DNA from: Rhizodiscina lignyota
Lineage: Eukaryota
Length of the DNA: 64,000 nt
Assembly (NCBI GenBank): GCA_010015805.1
Contig: ML978125.1
Span: forward strand, 1,240,001-1,304,000
Direction of reading: 5' to 3'
Position 1 is the stretch's first letter. Every line of letters begins with the position of its first letter. Shown piece by piece: positions 35,001-46,125 of the stretch. The translations under genes and the position numbers were made by a program. The notes below the pieces were generated by a model. The model had not been told where the DNA came from, did not search any database, and saw only the letters and a program-made list of their open reading frames with translations.

Positions 35001-36098
35001 TTTGCGGATGTGGACGAGATGCATGAGATCAGTGCGCTTAGCTCGAGTGGAATTGAGATGGAAGAATTGGAGACAAGTGTATGCGATACGATGGCGAGCG
35101 ACGTTAGGCAGTTGCATGCAGAGATGCTTGTTAGTCACTACGTGGGGCAGCAAAGAGACAGTGAAGATGAAGGCGAAGTTGAGGAAAGCGAAACTACTAC
35201 AGAGCTCACCAACGGCAAGAGTTCGATGATCGATGTCTTCGGGCGTTCAATTTCGGAGCATTCGATGTCCAATGTGTCGGAAGATTCAGAGGCGCAAGTT
35301 TCTGACTCCGCCGAAGACGAAGAAATCGACGAGGCGATTACGCCGAGGCGCTCGCGTCTGTCCATCCAACCCACGCGGGTGTACCAGCCGCTTTTCGAAG
35401 AAGGGTACTCGCAGACAGATGCTGAGATTGTTCGAGAAGTCATTGAGAAGGGCTCGGCCTCCACGGATCCAGGTATTGTTAATCGTCTTGCGTCTTACCT
35501 CTGGTCCTACCTTCCCTTCACAGGTGCCAAGATTACGGCAAGAATCAACCATCCATTGCTGGCGGACCTGCCTCTGTTGCCTCGGGTCGAACCGTGGACC
35601 AAGACGCATTACAAAGTTCTCGACCGCCTCTATCGGAGCTTCAAGAAGTCACCCAAGCTCTTCTCGCCTGAGCATCCCATCAATACTTGCTTGGCGTCGG
35701 TCATTGAGAAGAAGCAACGCTACAGGAGTGGCAGTACGAACAGCTGGCAAGAGTTCAGCTTTGCTGACTGGAATGACGCCGAGATCAAGAATTGGGGATA
35801 TGAGGTCCACCTGACAGAGTCGCACATCGTCGTCGCAGCACTCTATTCGCAGTTACTCGCTCTGAACAACGTCGGAGAGTACGAGCAATTGGCTGGAACG
35901 AAGATTGTCATGGGCGACTGCAATCCCGGCTTGGCAGGACAAGACATTGGTGTGGACAAGATCGTGTTTCGCCTCTTCAGTCTCATTCATGGCGAGATGG
36001 TGCGCGCTGATGAAAAGAAAGGGAAGAAGATTGGCCGGAGCAAGGGAACTGGATGGTATCGATTCAAGGGTGAGCAAGAATGGCGCAACTATATGTAA
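32040..36098 (+). CDS. Large, mostly disordered S/T/P-rich hypothetical protein (fungal family sometimes annotated as AT DNA-binding)
   Basis: Uninterrupted 1352-aa ORF with blocks that look conserved (SPWKIRVTVEAQP, FHGFSANTRRQLHAGLKLGE, WQREREAVSRQIE, PWTKTHY). Probable 5'-UTR intron 31795-31937. Confidence 0.8.
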   Translation: MARTESSELSSPDPLALSPTISRRPGCLSSPLRSTSGNVMRKTATPTRNMTSPAKTITMSTGKAHGASPWKIRVTVEAQPEDCEDNDENDPFRVSVTKPKGRGRTVKVPLKGPDSSPTSKRGRQRAPAGKKTRRARTPVRRKRTSVTKVDSEDDSQDDSRDQDFTLKPKSKKGRRKQSISKLILGSDIDTSEHTDHSVQPLQTEDISTVEDSELPSHDHPDALDMPEIPSPPTFSSINTRPERYPLESPAAQNPSPAVPSQLPEVKRRLSNDRKPEKAIPTPTKKPSPSKDHTPPKRTARPSFNFTKLTPVGRRAQETPTESQDEGDDSVSEVHYQSIKGRQCMPKEIIAIEDEEEDATMDAERSSDDEDDIAPAEYEVGEKTMLDSEGFSMVSLESVETGRDVTTTADTLQPEKSQMSVREITQLPRNISISTTVSSSEEHGSQLLTPSPSGSSMANIESRPGTPSIMPSSPPAVRASEEHTPSFARPSLSQPPQIAVPSSHHRVTTPQMSKVAGLGMALQGIVKSPILLSCTTKSKESADSADNSLFHGFSANTRRQLHAGLKLGEELARRSPCPASVSSSNGSTGSVNYPRLPTPEDNEQASVTVPLPPTEKVDIQYPSMSAAQPDDHLSSSVRSYDEMSWMPTTAPKDRPTCISPDSMEAQWQREREAVSRQIEQADPNEVIVVNDKEDTDEGISELSVVTDLDEKEDDLSKLEQLFSDDSNAQVRRPKISRTWRRRSSGGFAYRDEPPLGSSPRALRHKESGGSSSSSDAVTTLWQPGTRIDTVRKPRSRPHRSPPSVPVLVPVRVETSSSTETLTSSTSASTPSLEPATTTETLTSTSEGSVQTPLESPGVNDSMTSDDTGLFWHRNLPAVFKEKPRPRPRKSSSMLKSDKLDLSALLTLETPIDVSPLRTPGRGFETPTKVVHTPVQDFQTPTKVLHTPVTGLLTPKRDLLTPGLRSALKTPGMSRTYDGSPLKSVVRVSFADVDEMHEISALSSSGIEMEELETSVCDTMASDVRQLHAEMLVSHYVGQQRDSEDEGEVEESETTTELTNGKSSMIDVFGRSISEHSMSNVSEDSEAQVSDSAEDEEIDEAITPRRSRLSIQPTRVYQPLFEEGYSQTDAEIVREVIEKGSASTDPGIVNRLASYLWSYLPFTGAKITARINHPLLADLPLLPRVEPWTKTHYKVLDRLYRSFKKSPKLFSPEHPINTCLASVIEKKQRYRSGSTNSWQEFSFADWNDAEIKNWGYEVHLTESHIVVAALYSQLLALNNVGEYEQLAGTKIVMGDCNPGLAGQDIGVDKIVFRLFSLIHGEMVRADEKKGKKIGRSKGTGWYRFKGEQEWRNYM

Positions 36099-36213
36099 AG
36101 TGGTCGACATGCAGGTACGACTTTCAGCGTCGTTACGGTGTTTTCTTATTAGACTCTGGGCTCTTTTGCAGTAGCTTTATGTTGACGACGAAATGAAGAA
36201 TGGGTTGTATGTC

Positions 36214-38406
36214 TCAAGTCAGCGTCTCGTTGTAGACCGCCAGCGGCGTGCCAAGACCATCGGCTTTGATCTGCAACGCGACAAACCTAGAGTAATATCG
36301 TGCGTGGCCGATTGATCCTCCCATGTACCACAACCCAGGATCTAGCGCCACGTCAATTGACAGAGCTTTCGATCATAGAGATATAGTACTCACGGCCGCT
36401 TGGCTTGAACGCGCCATATACCTCGCCTTCTGGGTTTAGGCCGAAGAATCTTTCCGACTTCGCTGCAACCTCTGGGCCAAGGATGTCAGCAACTTCGTCA
36501 CGAAGGTTCGTCGCGAATCCAGTCGTGAAGACTATCACATCTGCTTCAATCTCAGTGCCATCGGTAAATAAAAGGCCTTTCTTTGTGTACGACACCGGGC
36601 TTGCGTCCGACTTCATCTTGATCTGTCTCTCGCGTCAGCCCGCGACAACAAGTCGCATCAGAATCAACCTCGTTAGATGGACATACCAAGCCCTTTGCAA
36701 TTTTCGCAGATGTGCCGACGTCTATGTAATGGCCGCCTAGCCGCTCATGAAGGACATGCGAAATATCCCCGAAGGGATCGACTTTGAAGCCGGCGCGTTC
36801 AAGCGCCGCCCACCTCTCCGGCTCCTTCTTGGCCATGCCGTGGAATGCCTTTGCAGAAAGTAGACGACCTATTGCGATGGGGCTTGACTGCTGTGCGCGG
36901 TCTGCTAACTCTGTAGGCAGCTTGTCGTTGTACAATATACGATATCGCCCTTCGATATATTCGACTGGGAGGACATATGTCCGATTCCTCTGGACCATAG
37001 TGATGGATGAGAGGCCAGCGAGTTGCATGTCGTCTGCTACATCATGTCCTGTTTCATTCTCAGTCAAGCAGAATAGACTGATTGTTAACTTTGTCACTGA
37101 CCTGTATTTGCAGATCCGATTACGACTCCGGCTTTCCCTTTCCACGCGTCTGCTGATTTGTAGTCAACGGAGTGTAGTGCTTCGCCTTGATAAACGTCCT
37201 GGACCGCCGTTAGCAAAGCAAATGGCCTGGAGGTGGGAGTTTATTTACTCTATTGGCGTATTGCGGCATTAGCGGTATTTGAGAGCTCGACCCAGTACAG
37301 AAGACGACGTGTTTGGCGGTCAACGTTATCATTCCCTCTTCTTGCCGAGCGTGCAGTGTCCACATCTGCCTCTTCTCGTCCCAAGAACCAGTCTCCAAGC
37401 TTGTGGAAAGCCATATATTCTGCGATATTTTCAGTTCCTGTCCTTTGAAAGGTACCGTAAAAACGCACGACTCCGTATTTCTCTGCCCATTCTCTATGGC
37501 CTTTTGCCAGATCGTCTTTGGACAAGTACTCCGGATATTCGGGCCCAAACGTCCGCTCAAATGGTAAGTGACCTATTCTGGGTGAGATATTGGACTGTTA
37601 GTTCGTCGGTTCCACTTACCATATTCTCTAATAGTGTGCACTGCAGTGAATAATTTCAGCTTTACATTTCCCGCCTACGAGGGAGAAACAAACTTACATC
37701 TCGCAGACTCATATCGCTTTCCCCATGCATCACCAACATTCTTGTTCCGCTCAAGGATCACGTACGAGGCTCCGAGAGCTTGCAAACGACCTCCAGTAGC
37801 AAGTCCGCACTGGCCACCACCAACAATAACTGCATCGAAATGGTGATCCTTGAGTGCAGCATCGCCATTGTGGTACCCATTTGTATGTCCGTTGGTCATA
37901 TTTCGAAGCTCCATATGATCGACATTGCCATGATTAGTCAATTGTTCGAGGATTGTTCGCAACACCCAGATCTTCCAAGAGGATTCACTATCTTCGCCAG
38001 GCACAAGGGACATGACCCCCGAGCACACAGTCTGGGGCTCTGACTCCGTCGCGAAGAGGAAGCCCACGTCGATCCAAGCTGTATTCTCGTCGATGCGAGT
38101 TATTCGGCAGGACTTCTGAACAGCCCTGAAGAGACGTGCATCATGGCTTTCGACTAGCCGTCTGAAGTTCGCTGTGATTGTTCTCCCAGAGTAGAATGTT
38201 CGCATTGTGCCGGTGAGAGCGAAGCTGTCTCGCCATACTGCATCTTCTGTGAGGTCCTCGACACTCAATGTCCGCAGTTTTCCAACAGCTGATTCCGCAA
38301 TTGCTGCTAGGTCTACATCGTCTGGAACATTAGTTGTTGGAAGAGCCGCCGGAAGACTGTCCAGTACGCTCTTCACTGGCGTATCGATGGCGTCTTCAAT
38401 TGCCAT
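36214..38406 (-). CDS. Flavin-containing monooxygenase (FMO/YUCCA-like)
   Basis: Eight exons: 38406-37698, 37640-37620, 37572-37469, 37419-37249, 37198-37102, 37048-36687, 36622-36394, 36341-36214. FAD motif IVGGGQCGL, FMO motif YQGEALHSVDY, NADP motif VIGSANTGHD, and FTTGF. Confidence 0.92.
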
Positions 38407-39351
38407 ATCTTTTCTTCAATGCAATTCCAAGTCAAGCTGTTCTTCAACCACCGCCTGGAATGCGATGAAGGTGCGTTTAGGCGTAACCAGCCCGTCAAGA
38501 ACGGTGTTGAACTTAGCAGTTGAGATTGATGAGATCTACCCCCGAATAAACCCTTAACGTATTTCCTCCAGCCTCGGCTATATATCATCGTGAACACAAC
38601 TGCCACCATAATTCCCGATATATTCTGCTACGGCGATAGGGAGCATACGGATGGCGCTAACTGCGATGAGGCATTTCCTATTCTGTACGCCTACCCCATG
38701 GGGTATGCAGGTGTTTGTCGGCGTAATAACCCTAATTGGTAATACTCGGAGTGAATGTGGTGCCTGCATCGGAGAACGGGCGGACGGCGCCGCGTCGTCT
38801 CCGTTGAAATTCCATGTCAGAAAATACTCTCCCATCACCGGCGGCTGCGTGGTGATGATAGGTTCAGGCACATTCGGCCTCTCAACCGTGGTGTTGAACT
38901 TAGCTGCTAAGCATCGAGGTGGACGCTCGCTGACTTCGAGCTTTGGGGCCAATACAGCTCAAAATACGCTTAGCCAAATAGCGGAAAGCCATTCTTCCAT
39001 CCCTCCAGAGCATATTCTGAGCTTGAATTTGGCCGCAGCAGGGGTCCCTGCAATGGTTCTGAACTTAGGTGCTGAAGATCTGATATTTATGTAGCAATAT
39101 CATCACTACCGCTTCAGGACTAGCTTCATTCCCCCAGAGTGGCCTGGCAAAGATCATCGCAAAACAGGAAATTCACAAGTCACATCTGTAAAAAAGGGAA
39201 AATTCTAAGTCAAAGTGCTCTTCCATCACCGCCAAGCACGTGATGATGGCCAATTCAATTCAAAGAAAAGTCTATCCATGAGTATCAATACTATCTCCGT
39301 GCCTTCAACCCCCTTTATCGGGATAGTAGTAGAAACCAATGCCAAAGTCCT

Positions 39352-40318
39352 CTACCAGCAGCGCGTGTGTTGTACGGGTGTGTGCGTCGCCGAGGGTAGG
39401 GGTAGGGCGTCGTCCGAGGTGGCGCGACGAAAGGAGTTGGTAGGCAGGTGCGGTGGGCTAGGCACGCGCGTGCGCTCGCTGGTTGTGCCTGTGCGGGCTG
39501 GTTGCGGTGCGCCAGGGCGCAGCAATAGCGAGTTTGCAGCGAGCTGGTGCTGCGGGTAGCGTGGATGTTGTCGAATGCATCGGTAATCTGCCGCCAAGGA
39601 GGCGCTGAGTGAGTCTGCCTGAGTATTTCTATCTTGACACGATCCTTTTCCCATTTCCTGCCTTACCCATGTGGCCCCCATTATTTTATCCTTGAATTCC
39701 CCTCGTCCCCTGATATTCCTCCTCAGGTCCCGATTGTAGCAATAGTTCTCTACGATTCAAGCGGAAGAACATCGTGTCATAACAGGCGGTGAGCGTGGTG
39801 AATATACCACAGTTGCAGATCACTCGTTGCGCTTTCTCGTCTGATCCGTCTTCAGTTGGGAGGTGATCCTTTGGACGTTCATATCCAGGTCGATACTCCT
39901 TGGTCTTGGGCTCTCCATCTTCCGCAGGCTCAGAATTTGATTCTGACGATGGCTCGGTCTCGTACTCATCATCGTTGGCTACTGATTTTGCTCTGCCTTT
40001 CGGAGTTGGCTTGGGCTGCACTCTTTTCTGAGCCTTCGACTTTTGGGCACGCTTGCTCGACAACACAGACTCTTTGCCCTTTTCCGAAGGATCTCGGGGA
40101 TCATATTTTGCTGCCATTCGATTTCTTTGGTCGCGTACAGAAGCCGGTGAGAAATCCACAAGATCAGGATCGATCTTTTGAGTAGCGAAAGTATACAGTT
40201 CCTGGAGTAGTGTTGTGTTGTCGTCGTTGACATGAACATGCCGTGAAAATCTACAGCGCTGTACGTCCCTGAGGTTGATGATGGTGGCGGCCTCGGCAGA
40301 GGTGAAGCGGGGAAGCAT
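39352..40318 (-). CDS. Hypothetical protein (probably two exons)
   Basis: A putative intron 39807-39750 (GTATAT..TAG) joins the 210-aa ORF to the 109-aa ORF in frame (..ICNC|ENYCYNR..IMGATW..). No family recognised. Confidence 0.5.
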
Positions 40319-41006
40319 GTTGGAGGTGTTGGTGAAGAGGTGACGGATTGTATGAGATTAATGTGGATGTGGGTGAGAGAGAGAACGGAAGAGAGTGCTA
40401 CCAGAGCTTGAGATGAGAGGTTCTGAGGAAGAAAGAAAGACGAAGACTCAGGAAACCTCATGTACTGCAGTAGAGAAACGATACTATTGTGGTCACGGTT
40501 ATTGTATACACCAATCGTTGACTGTGATTGTTATTAGAACCCATTTTCCTCTCCATTCTCACCTTCTCTCATCTCAAGCCCATGTCCTATTGAATGTATT
40601 AAGAGAATAGGCGCCGAGGAGGCTGATAGGTCTCTACTCTTCTGCGAGCCTGCCGTTTTAAGGGCGATCGTTTTACGGACCGGGAAACCCCTGATTGAAA
40701 TTAAGGTGGTTGGTCGAATGCCAAGGAACATTGCCTGTTTTGGGAAAACCCTTGTGGTGAAGCACATTGACAGTGGACGCCAAGACCTTCATCGTTTTGG
40801 GAAAACCCCCTGTCAGTTCCTGGATGTCGACAGGACACTTGAAGTATAGACGATATGAGTGCCATAGGCTAACTTGCGATAGCTGAGAGTAGAAGGATTA
40901 ATTGACTTGGAGAGGAGTCGTGACTCTATGCCATTGCCCAGCCCTTTTCGAGCATATTGAAGAAAATATGTACAAAGAAAGCGAACCATAATCTTACACT
41001 CCCGCT

Positions 41007-41832
41007 TTATATTCGTTCGCTGATCCAGATGGCACTTCTACATCCACCTCTGATCACATTCGTTAATAGTTCGTAAGGTTTTGCCTCTTTCGCATCATTC
41101 TCCACCGCATGATCCAGATGCTCCAGCTCCTCGTCCCTTATTCTTCGCAGGGTTGACGTCAATTCCGTCAACTCTTCACCAATGTCTTCACCCTTTTCCT
41201 CTGCATGCTTTGCCCATTCCAGCAGCGACCGCACCTGATCATTATAGTGCTGTCCGATTTCCGTCTCCACGGCCTCGGTGCAGGCCATCGCGGCCTCACG
41301 CCCGAGAATCGCAGTTCCCCAGCCTAATGCAGTGGCAGCGACGCGCCATACGGGATACATTAAAGTTGGACGTATTCGGTGTTTGGCAATTAGGGCATTG
41401 AAGGTGTCAAAGTGGCCGGCCTCCTGATCGTACATATGCTTCATCAACGTTCGTAAGTGCGGATGCGACCGGAGGATCGGTGGTGTCTGAGCAGCGTATA
41501 TTAATATTGCTGCTAGTTCACCTGCTTGATTTACTCGCAGCTAGGGATGTATCAGCGTGGCGTCCAAGTTGACTGAAGACAATGCTGCGTACTGCACCAT
41601 CGAGATATCGCTTCTGCTCGGCAGTGAGAGGGCGCGTCCTTGGGCTGCTCATATGCGCGTCATCATTGTGTGATGGACTCTCTGACTGAATAGCCGCTGC
41701 AGCGAAAGCACTCGGTCGCGTTGAGGAGTTAAATTGTCGCGTAGGAGAAGGCAAAAGGAAGGCATTGTTAGGACAGTTGTGAAGGGTCAATGAGCGACGT
41801 GCGACTCTCTGGGCCACACATCGAACAGACAT
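41007..41832 (-). CDS. COQ7: 5-demethoxyubiquinone hydroxylase
   Basis: Intron 41592-41541. Mitochondrial-type leader, LRVNQAGELAA, AAMACTEAVETEIGQHYNDQ and IRDEELEH di-iron motifs. Confidence 0.96.
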
Positions 41833-42536
41833 TGTGTATTAAAATCGGTCGAACGGAAATGAACGTTGCTATTATACAGGATAGAGAAGGAAAGCCATTG
41901 TGAACGCCGAGAGCCGGCGCTCTGAAAAGAAAAATGGACGCAGTGAAGTCATGGATCACTTCGCGCCCGGAAAATTCCATTGGCCGCGATCAGCTCCGGC
42001 AAGGCTGCGGCTCGATTGTGTTCGCTGTGTTTTCTCGGGGTAAAAGAAGGCTGCATACCCAAGGGCTTTTAGCGTCGAAGAGAGCGTCAAGAATCTCCTA
42101 GTTCATTGTTAACGTGAAAGCCAGCGACATTTGTCAGAGACGATTGAGGTGAAATCGAGGAACAAAACACGCCAGTCCCGATCTGGCTTAGCGCGCTGCG
42201 AGACGCGCCAAGGGCTGTGGTGGTTACATAAGGCTTCCTATTGTACTTCTGTGAATAGCTTGCGTCCTCAATAACACCTCGTCACTCAACAGCCTTCCAT
42301 TGTCAGCCACCCCGTTTTTCCATTGTGAGGAGGCTGTGCCCTGCCACGAAACCCCGCCATTCTCTTCCTCTACTCTCTCCCTCCTTCATCAACTTCTCAA
42401 CAACCGCATTCGACTTCAAACCCACTTCTGCCAGCGAATAAGCACCACAGCAAACCCCCTATCTGCACTTGGACTGTTGCGACGAGGAAGGCACGCCAGA
42501 CCATCACTTCCCATCGCTGACACCCACGCCGTCGCC

Positions 42537-44505
42537 ATGGCCGAACTCGACCTCGACGCCGAGCTGCTCGCTCTCGCCGGAGGCGAAGATGAAGTCATGG
42601 ACACCGGCAAGCCCGAAGAGCCTGCACAATCGCCTGCACGAACGCCTGCACAAACACCTGCACGAACACCTACTCCCCACTCCTCTCCCAAAGCCACCGT
42701 CGAAGACAAACAATCTCCCAAGTCACAGCCTCGCAAAGGCGTCGCGCAGAAGAAGGTGGCCAAGCCTGCTCGTGGAGGCGCGCGCCGTCGCCGCAAGGAC
42801 GATTCTGACAAGGACGCTTCTTCGTAAGCATCCTTTTGTTCCTAGACCTGGAAGTCAAACACTGACGCGACAAACAGGTCTCCCACCGCGGCCTCTGACG
42901 TAGACTCCCTCGGCTCTGGCGCAATGGACGAATCCGACTCAGAGGCTGATGCTCCCGGCGAGCCCGACGACGATGCCGTAATCTACCCTGTCGAGGGAAA
43001 ATTCGTCGATGCTGACGACAAGGCCAAGATCATGGCGATGCCAGAACTCCAGCGCGAGAAGATCCTCGCTGAGCGTGAAGACCAGGCCCTGCTGAACCGT
43101 CAGAATGCGCAGCTCAAGCGACTGCTGCAGCGTCAAGTCCAGGAGGCGCAGGTCAAGGCAGAGAAGAAGAAGCGCAAGGCTGGTGCGGCCGACTTGGATG
43201 ATAGCCCACGCAAGAGCGCTCGCGCGAAGACCAAGCCAACCACAGAGATCGAGCGCTTCAAGCGCGTGCGCGAAGAGCGACTCAAGGAGCGCGAGAAGGA
43301 CGCGGACCGTCGCAAGCGCCGCTCAACAAGCCGTCGTTCGAGCCAGGACGCAGAAGGCGAGAGCGAGGTCGAGTGGGACGATGGTGTGCGACAAGGTGCC
43401 CGAAACGAGCTACCACCAGACTTGAGGGACTTTGAGCGTGTCAGAATCGGCAGGAGCAACTTCGCCAGGGTCTGCTTCTATCCAAAGTTCGAGGAGACCA
43501 TGACTGGCTGCTTCGCAAGAGTCAGCGTGGGCATGGACAAGGCAACGGGACAGAACGTCTATCGTATGACGCAAATCAAGGGTATGAGTCCTCCTCCCTG
43601 CTCCTTGGCTATTTACTGACGCTGGCTCGTAGGTTTCACTGAGGGCAAGCCATATCAGATGGAGGGCGTCAATGGCAAGATCTTCTTCACCGACAAGTAT
43701 GCCGTTGTGGCTCACGGCAAAGCGGAGAAGGAATGGCCCTTCATCGCGTGCTCTGATGGCAAGTTCACTGAAGTATGTTTCTACAATCCACTCTCATTTT
43801 AATCCGCTCTGACCATTGGAACAGCAAGAGTTCAATCGCTACCGCATTGCCGTCGCGAACGACAATCTGCGCCTCACCGCCAAAGCTGCGCTTGTGCGCT
43901 CCTGCGAGGGCATCAACGAACTCCTCGGCCGTAAATGGACTGACAAGGAGATCGACGAGAAGCTTGAGAAGCAGCACAAGTACGCCGATCTGGCCCTCAA
44001 GCTCGAGCTGAAGGAGAGAGAGAAGGACGAAGAGGCCAAGAAGGGCAGGAGCCCGCCAGCCGGAAAGAAGGACTTGACGCTGGAGGAACGAAAGCTACTG
44101 ACGCAGGACGAACGTATCAACCTCATCAACGAGTCGAACCGCAAGCAGGACTACAAGCAGATTCGCGCTGCCCAACTCCAGGACCGTCGCAAGATGCTGG
44201 CCGGTCGTGCCGCCGCCAAGGCAAGAGCAGAAGCCGCCGAAAAGGCTGAAGCAGACGCCGCTGCCGCCAAGGCAGCTCTGGAAGTCCCCGGTGCAAACAT
44301 CGACGACCTGTTCGGCAGCGATATCAGCCGCACTGGAACCCCGGCTCCTGGCAGCGGTGTCAACACCCCGAAGCGCACTGGTACCCCGTTGGGCAAGAAG
44401 CTCGTCGAGAAGAAGGAGAAGACGGGACTGCCCAAGTTCTCGAAGAGGAGCATGGACGATGATGTCATTGGTGCGATGGACTTTGGCATTGAGATTGACA
44501 TTTGA
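42537..44505 (+). CDS. RTF1: PAF1 complex subunit Rtf1 (Plus3 domain)
   Basis: Introns 42824-42877, 43582-43632 and 43773-43824. Motifs LDAELLALAG, YPVEGKF, MPELQREKILAER, Plus3 GCFARVSVG..YRMTQIKG and C-terminal MDFGIEIDI. Confidence 0.95.
42620..42672 (+). repeat. 12-bp coding tandem repeat in RTF1 (PAQS-PART-PAQT-PART)
   Basis: About 4.5 copies of RCCTGCACRAWC. Confidence 0.85.
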
Positions 44506-44508
44506 GGT

Positions 44509-44700
44509 GATTGGGAGTTGAGCGATTGGGAGTCGAGCGATTGGGAGTTGAGCGATTGGGAGTTGAGCGATTGAGGATTGAGCGACCGAGGATGACTGAC
44601 TGAGGCTTGATTGGCTAAGGACTGACTGGCTAAGGATTGATTGACTGAGGATTGATCGATTTGACAGTTGACTGATCGAGAGTTGACTGATTTGACTGGA
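44509..44700. repeat. 15-bp minisatellite right after the RTF1 stop codon
   Basis: GATTGGGAGTYGAGC x4 (44509-44568), then progressively diverged units with about 15-nt period. Confidence 0.9.
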
Positions 44701-44993
44701 AATCGACAAGGTAAAATGGTGAACTGAAATGGAACGAACTGATACTTGCTACGGAGAATCGGCCTGGGCCTTCGTATGGGCCTATATCGCATCCACATGC
44801 GGATAGCAAAATACAAAGACATCTCCAATCATCCACTCTTGACTTTGTTCATTCTCGTGACGTTCGTCTGGTCCGAGGGGAATGGGAGGAACTGTCACTT
44901 ACTATGGAGAGTTTGATGAGAGCCTTCACGTAGGGCCAAGCTGCTATCAATGGATGGCAATTCCACAAAGAGGTCTCCGACGATACAGAAATC

Positions 44994-45383
44994 ATGAAAT
45001 CCCTCCTCTTCTACGGCGCGCTCATCGCCATGCTCAAGCACTGCCAATGCTGGGGTGACGTTCTATCCTGACTCAGGGCGCAGTATCGGCAGTGCGACTA
45101 TCAGCGACGACATGAGCTGGGCGGCACAGCGATTCCAGATATGGCAGCAAAGTCGTTCGACTTCGATGACCAGTTCAGCCAGGCTTTCGTGACCGTGTGT
45201 GCACCTCGCCTGCATCGCAAGAATGGACCGCGCCGTCAAATTTGGAGGCGTTTCAAGACGAGGCTTGTCTGTCTGGTAGGCCATGGCAATCGTACTCGGT
45301 TTTTTTGCTGTCCTGAGGGCAGCGGAAGGGATGAATTGAATTCACACGACAAGAATAAGGTAAGACAGCAGCATGTTTACTAG
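44994..45383 (+). pseudogene. Possible frameshifted small secreted protein gene
   Basis: Signal-peptide-like MKSLLFYGALIAML, continued in other frames by SSTANAGVTFYPDSG.., AAKSFDFDD.. and FRDRVCTSP..ACLSGRPWQSYSVF; needs several frameshifts. Confidence 0.35.
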
Positions 45384-45761
45384 GGAGCACGACATTCACG
45401 ATAGAGTTTGGAGCGAGTAATCAGGACACAAGTTTGAGGGGTCCCAGATGTTTGATTTTAGTGTGCCGAGTTCACTGCTTAATGACTACCTATAAAAGGC
45501 ATGTCGCCAGTTGAAACCCAAGCCATGTCCCGTGTGTGATGAAAAGAAAAGAGTCGTGAATCACCCTGTCCGATGAATCAACCCCGATGTCGTAAGGAGA
45601 AAGAAGTCGTGTGAAGCCCTTTAGCCACCATGTGAGAGGGTTTGACGGCCAGTCCAGACTGTAAAAGCACAAGTAAGCAGCATTTGTTTGGCGACTGACG
45701 AACCCAGAGCAGTCGGCAAACTTACAACTGATGCGTCCACGTGAGGGCAATCTAGTAGTCT

Positions 45762-46125
45762 CTACGACTTGAAAGCGCACACACCACCGACCGGAGAGCT
45801 GGGGTCATGAACGCAGCCGCAGCAGTCGCAGCACTGCTCGTCGACGAAGCAGATGGCTGGGCACAGTTAGTATTCTTAGCTTTTCTGCTTGCTGGATGTG
45901 TTTTCAGTTACTTAAAGCCGGCAGGGAGACAGCCACGCTCGAAGAGGGCACCGCCATGAACGTTGGGAGACACATTCTCGGCGGCCTGAGATGTTGTTAG
46001 TAAGATTGACGAAGCAGGGTTGTGGTGGTGTTTTCGAGGGCACTTACGCCAACAGCGCGAGCATCGGCAGCCATCGCGACACCAGTGAAGAGAGCCAGAG
46101 CGGCGAAGATGTTGGTGAACTTCAT
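45762..46125 (-). CDS. Small secreted cysteine-rich (knottin-like) peptide precursor with non-canonical or defective intron-2 donor
   Basis: Exon 1 46125-46048 (signal peptide MKFTNIFAALALFTGVAMA), exon 2 45985-45916 (..ALFER-GCLPAG), exon 3 45856-45762 (ICFVDEQCCDCCGCVHDPSSPVGGVCAFKS*). Confidence 0.7.

Noticed and set aside
38651..39094. 147-aa ORF with repeated VLNLA motif
   Set aside because: The peptide repeat just reflects the repeated DNA element in the FMO upstream region; no other coding evidence.
44509..44700. CRISPR-like array
   Set aside because: Head-to-tail repeats without unique spacers, in a eukaryotic context.
44095..44828. 204-aa and 225-aa minus-strand ORFs with SQ/IAQLP repeats
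   Set aside because: Explained as antisense to RTF1 plus the stop-free 15-bp minisatellite.
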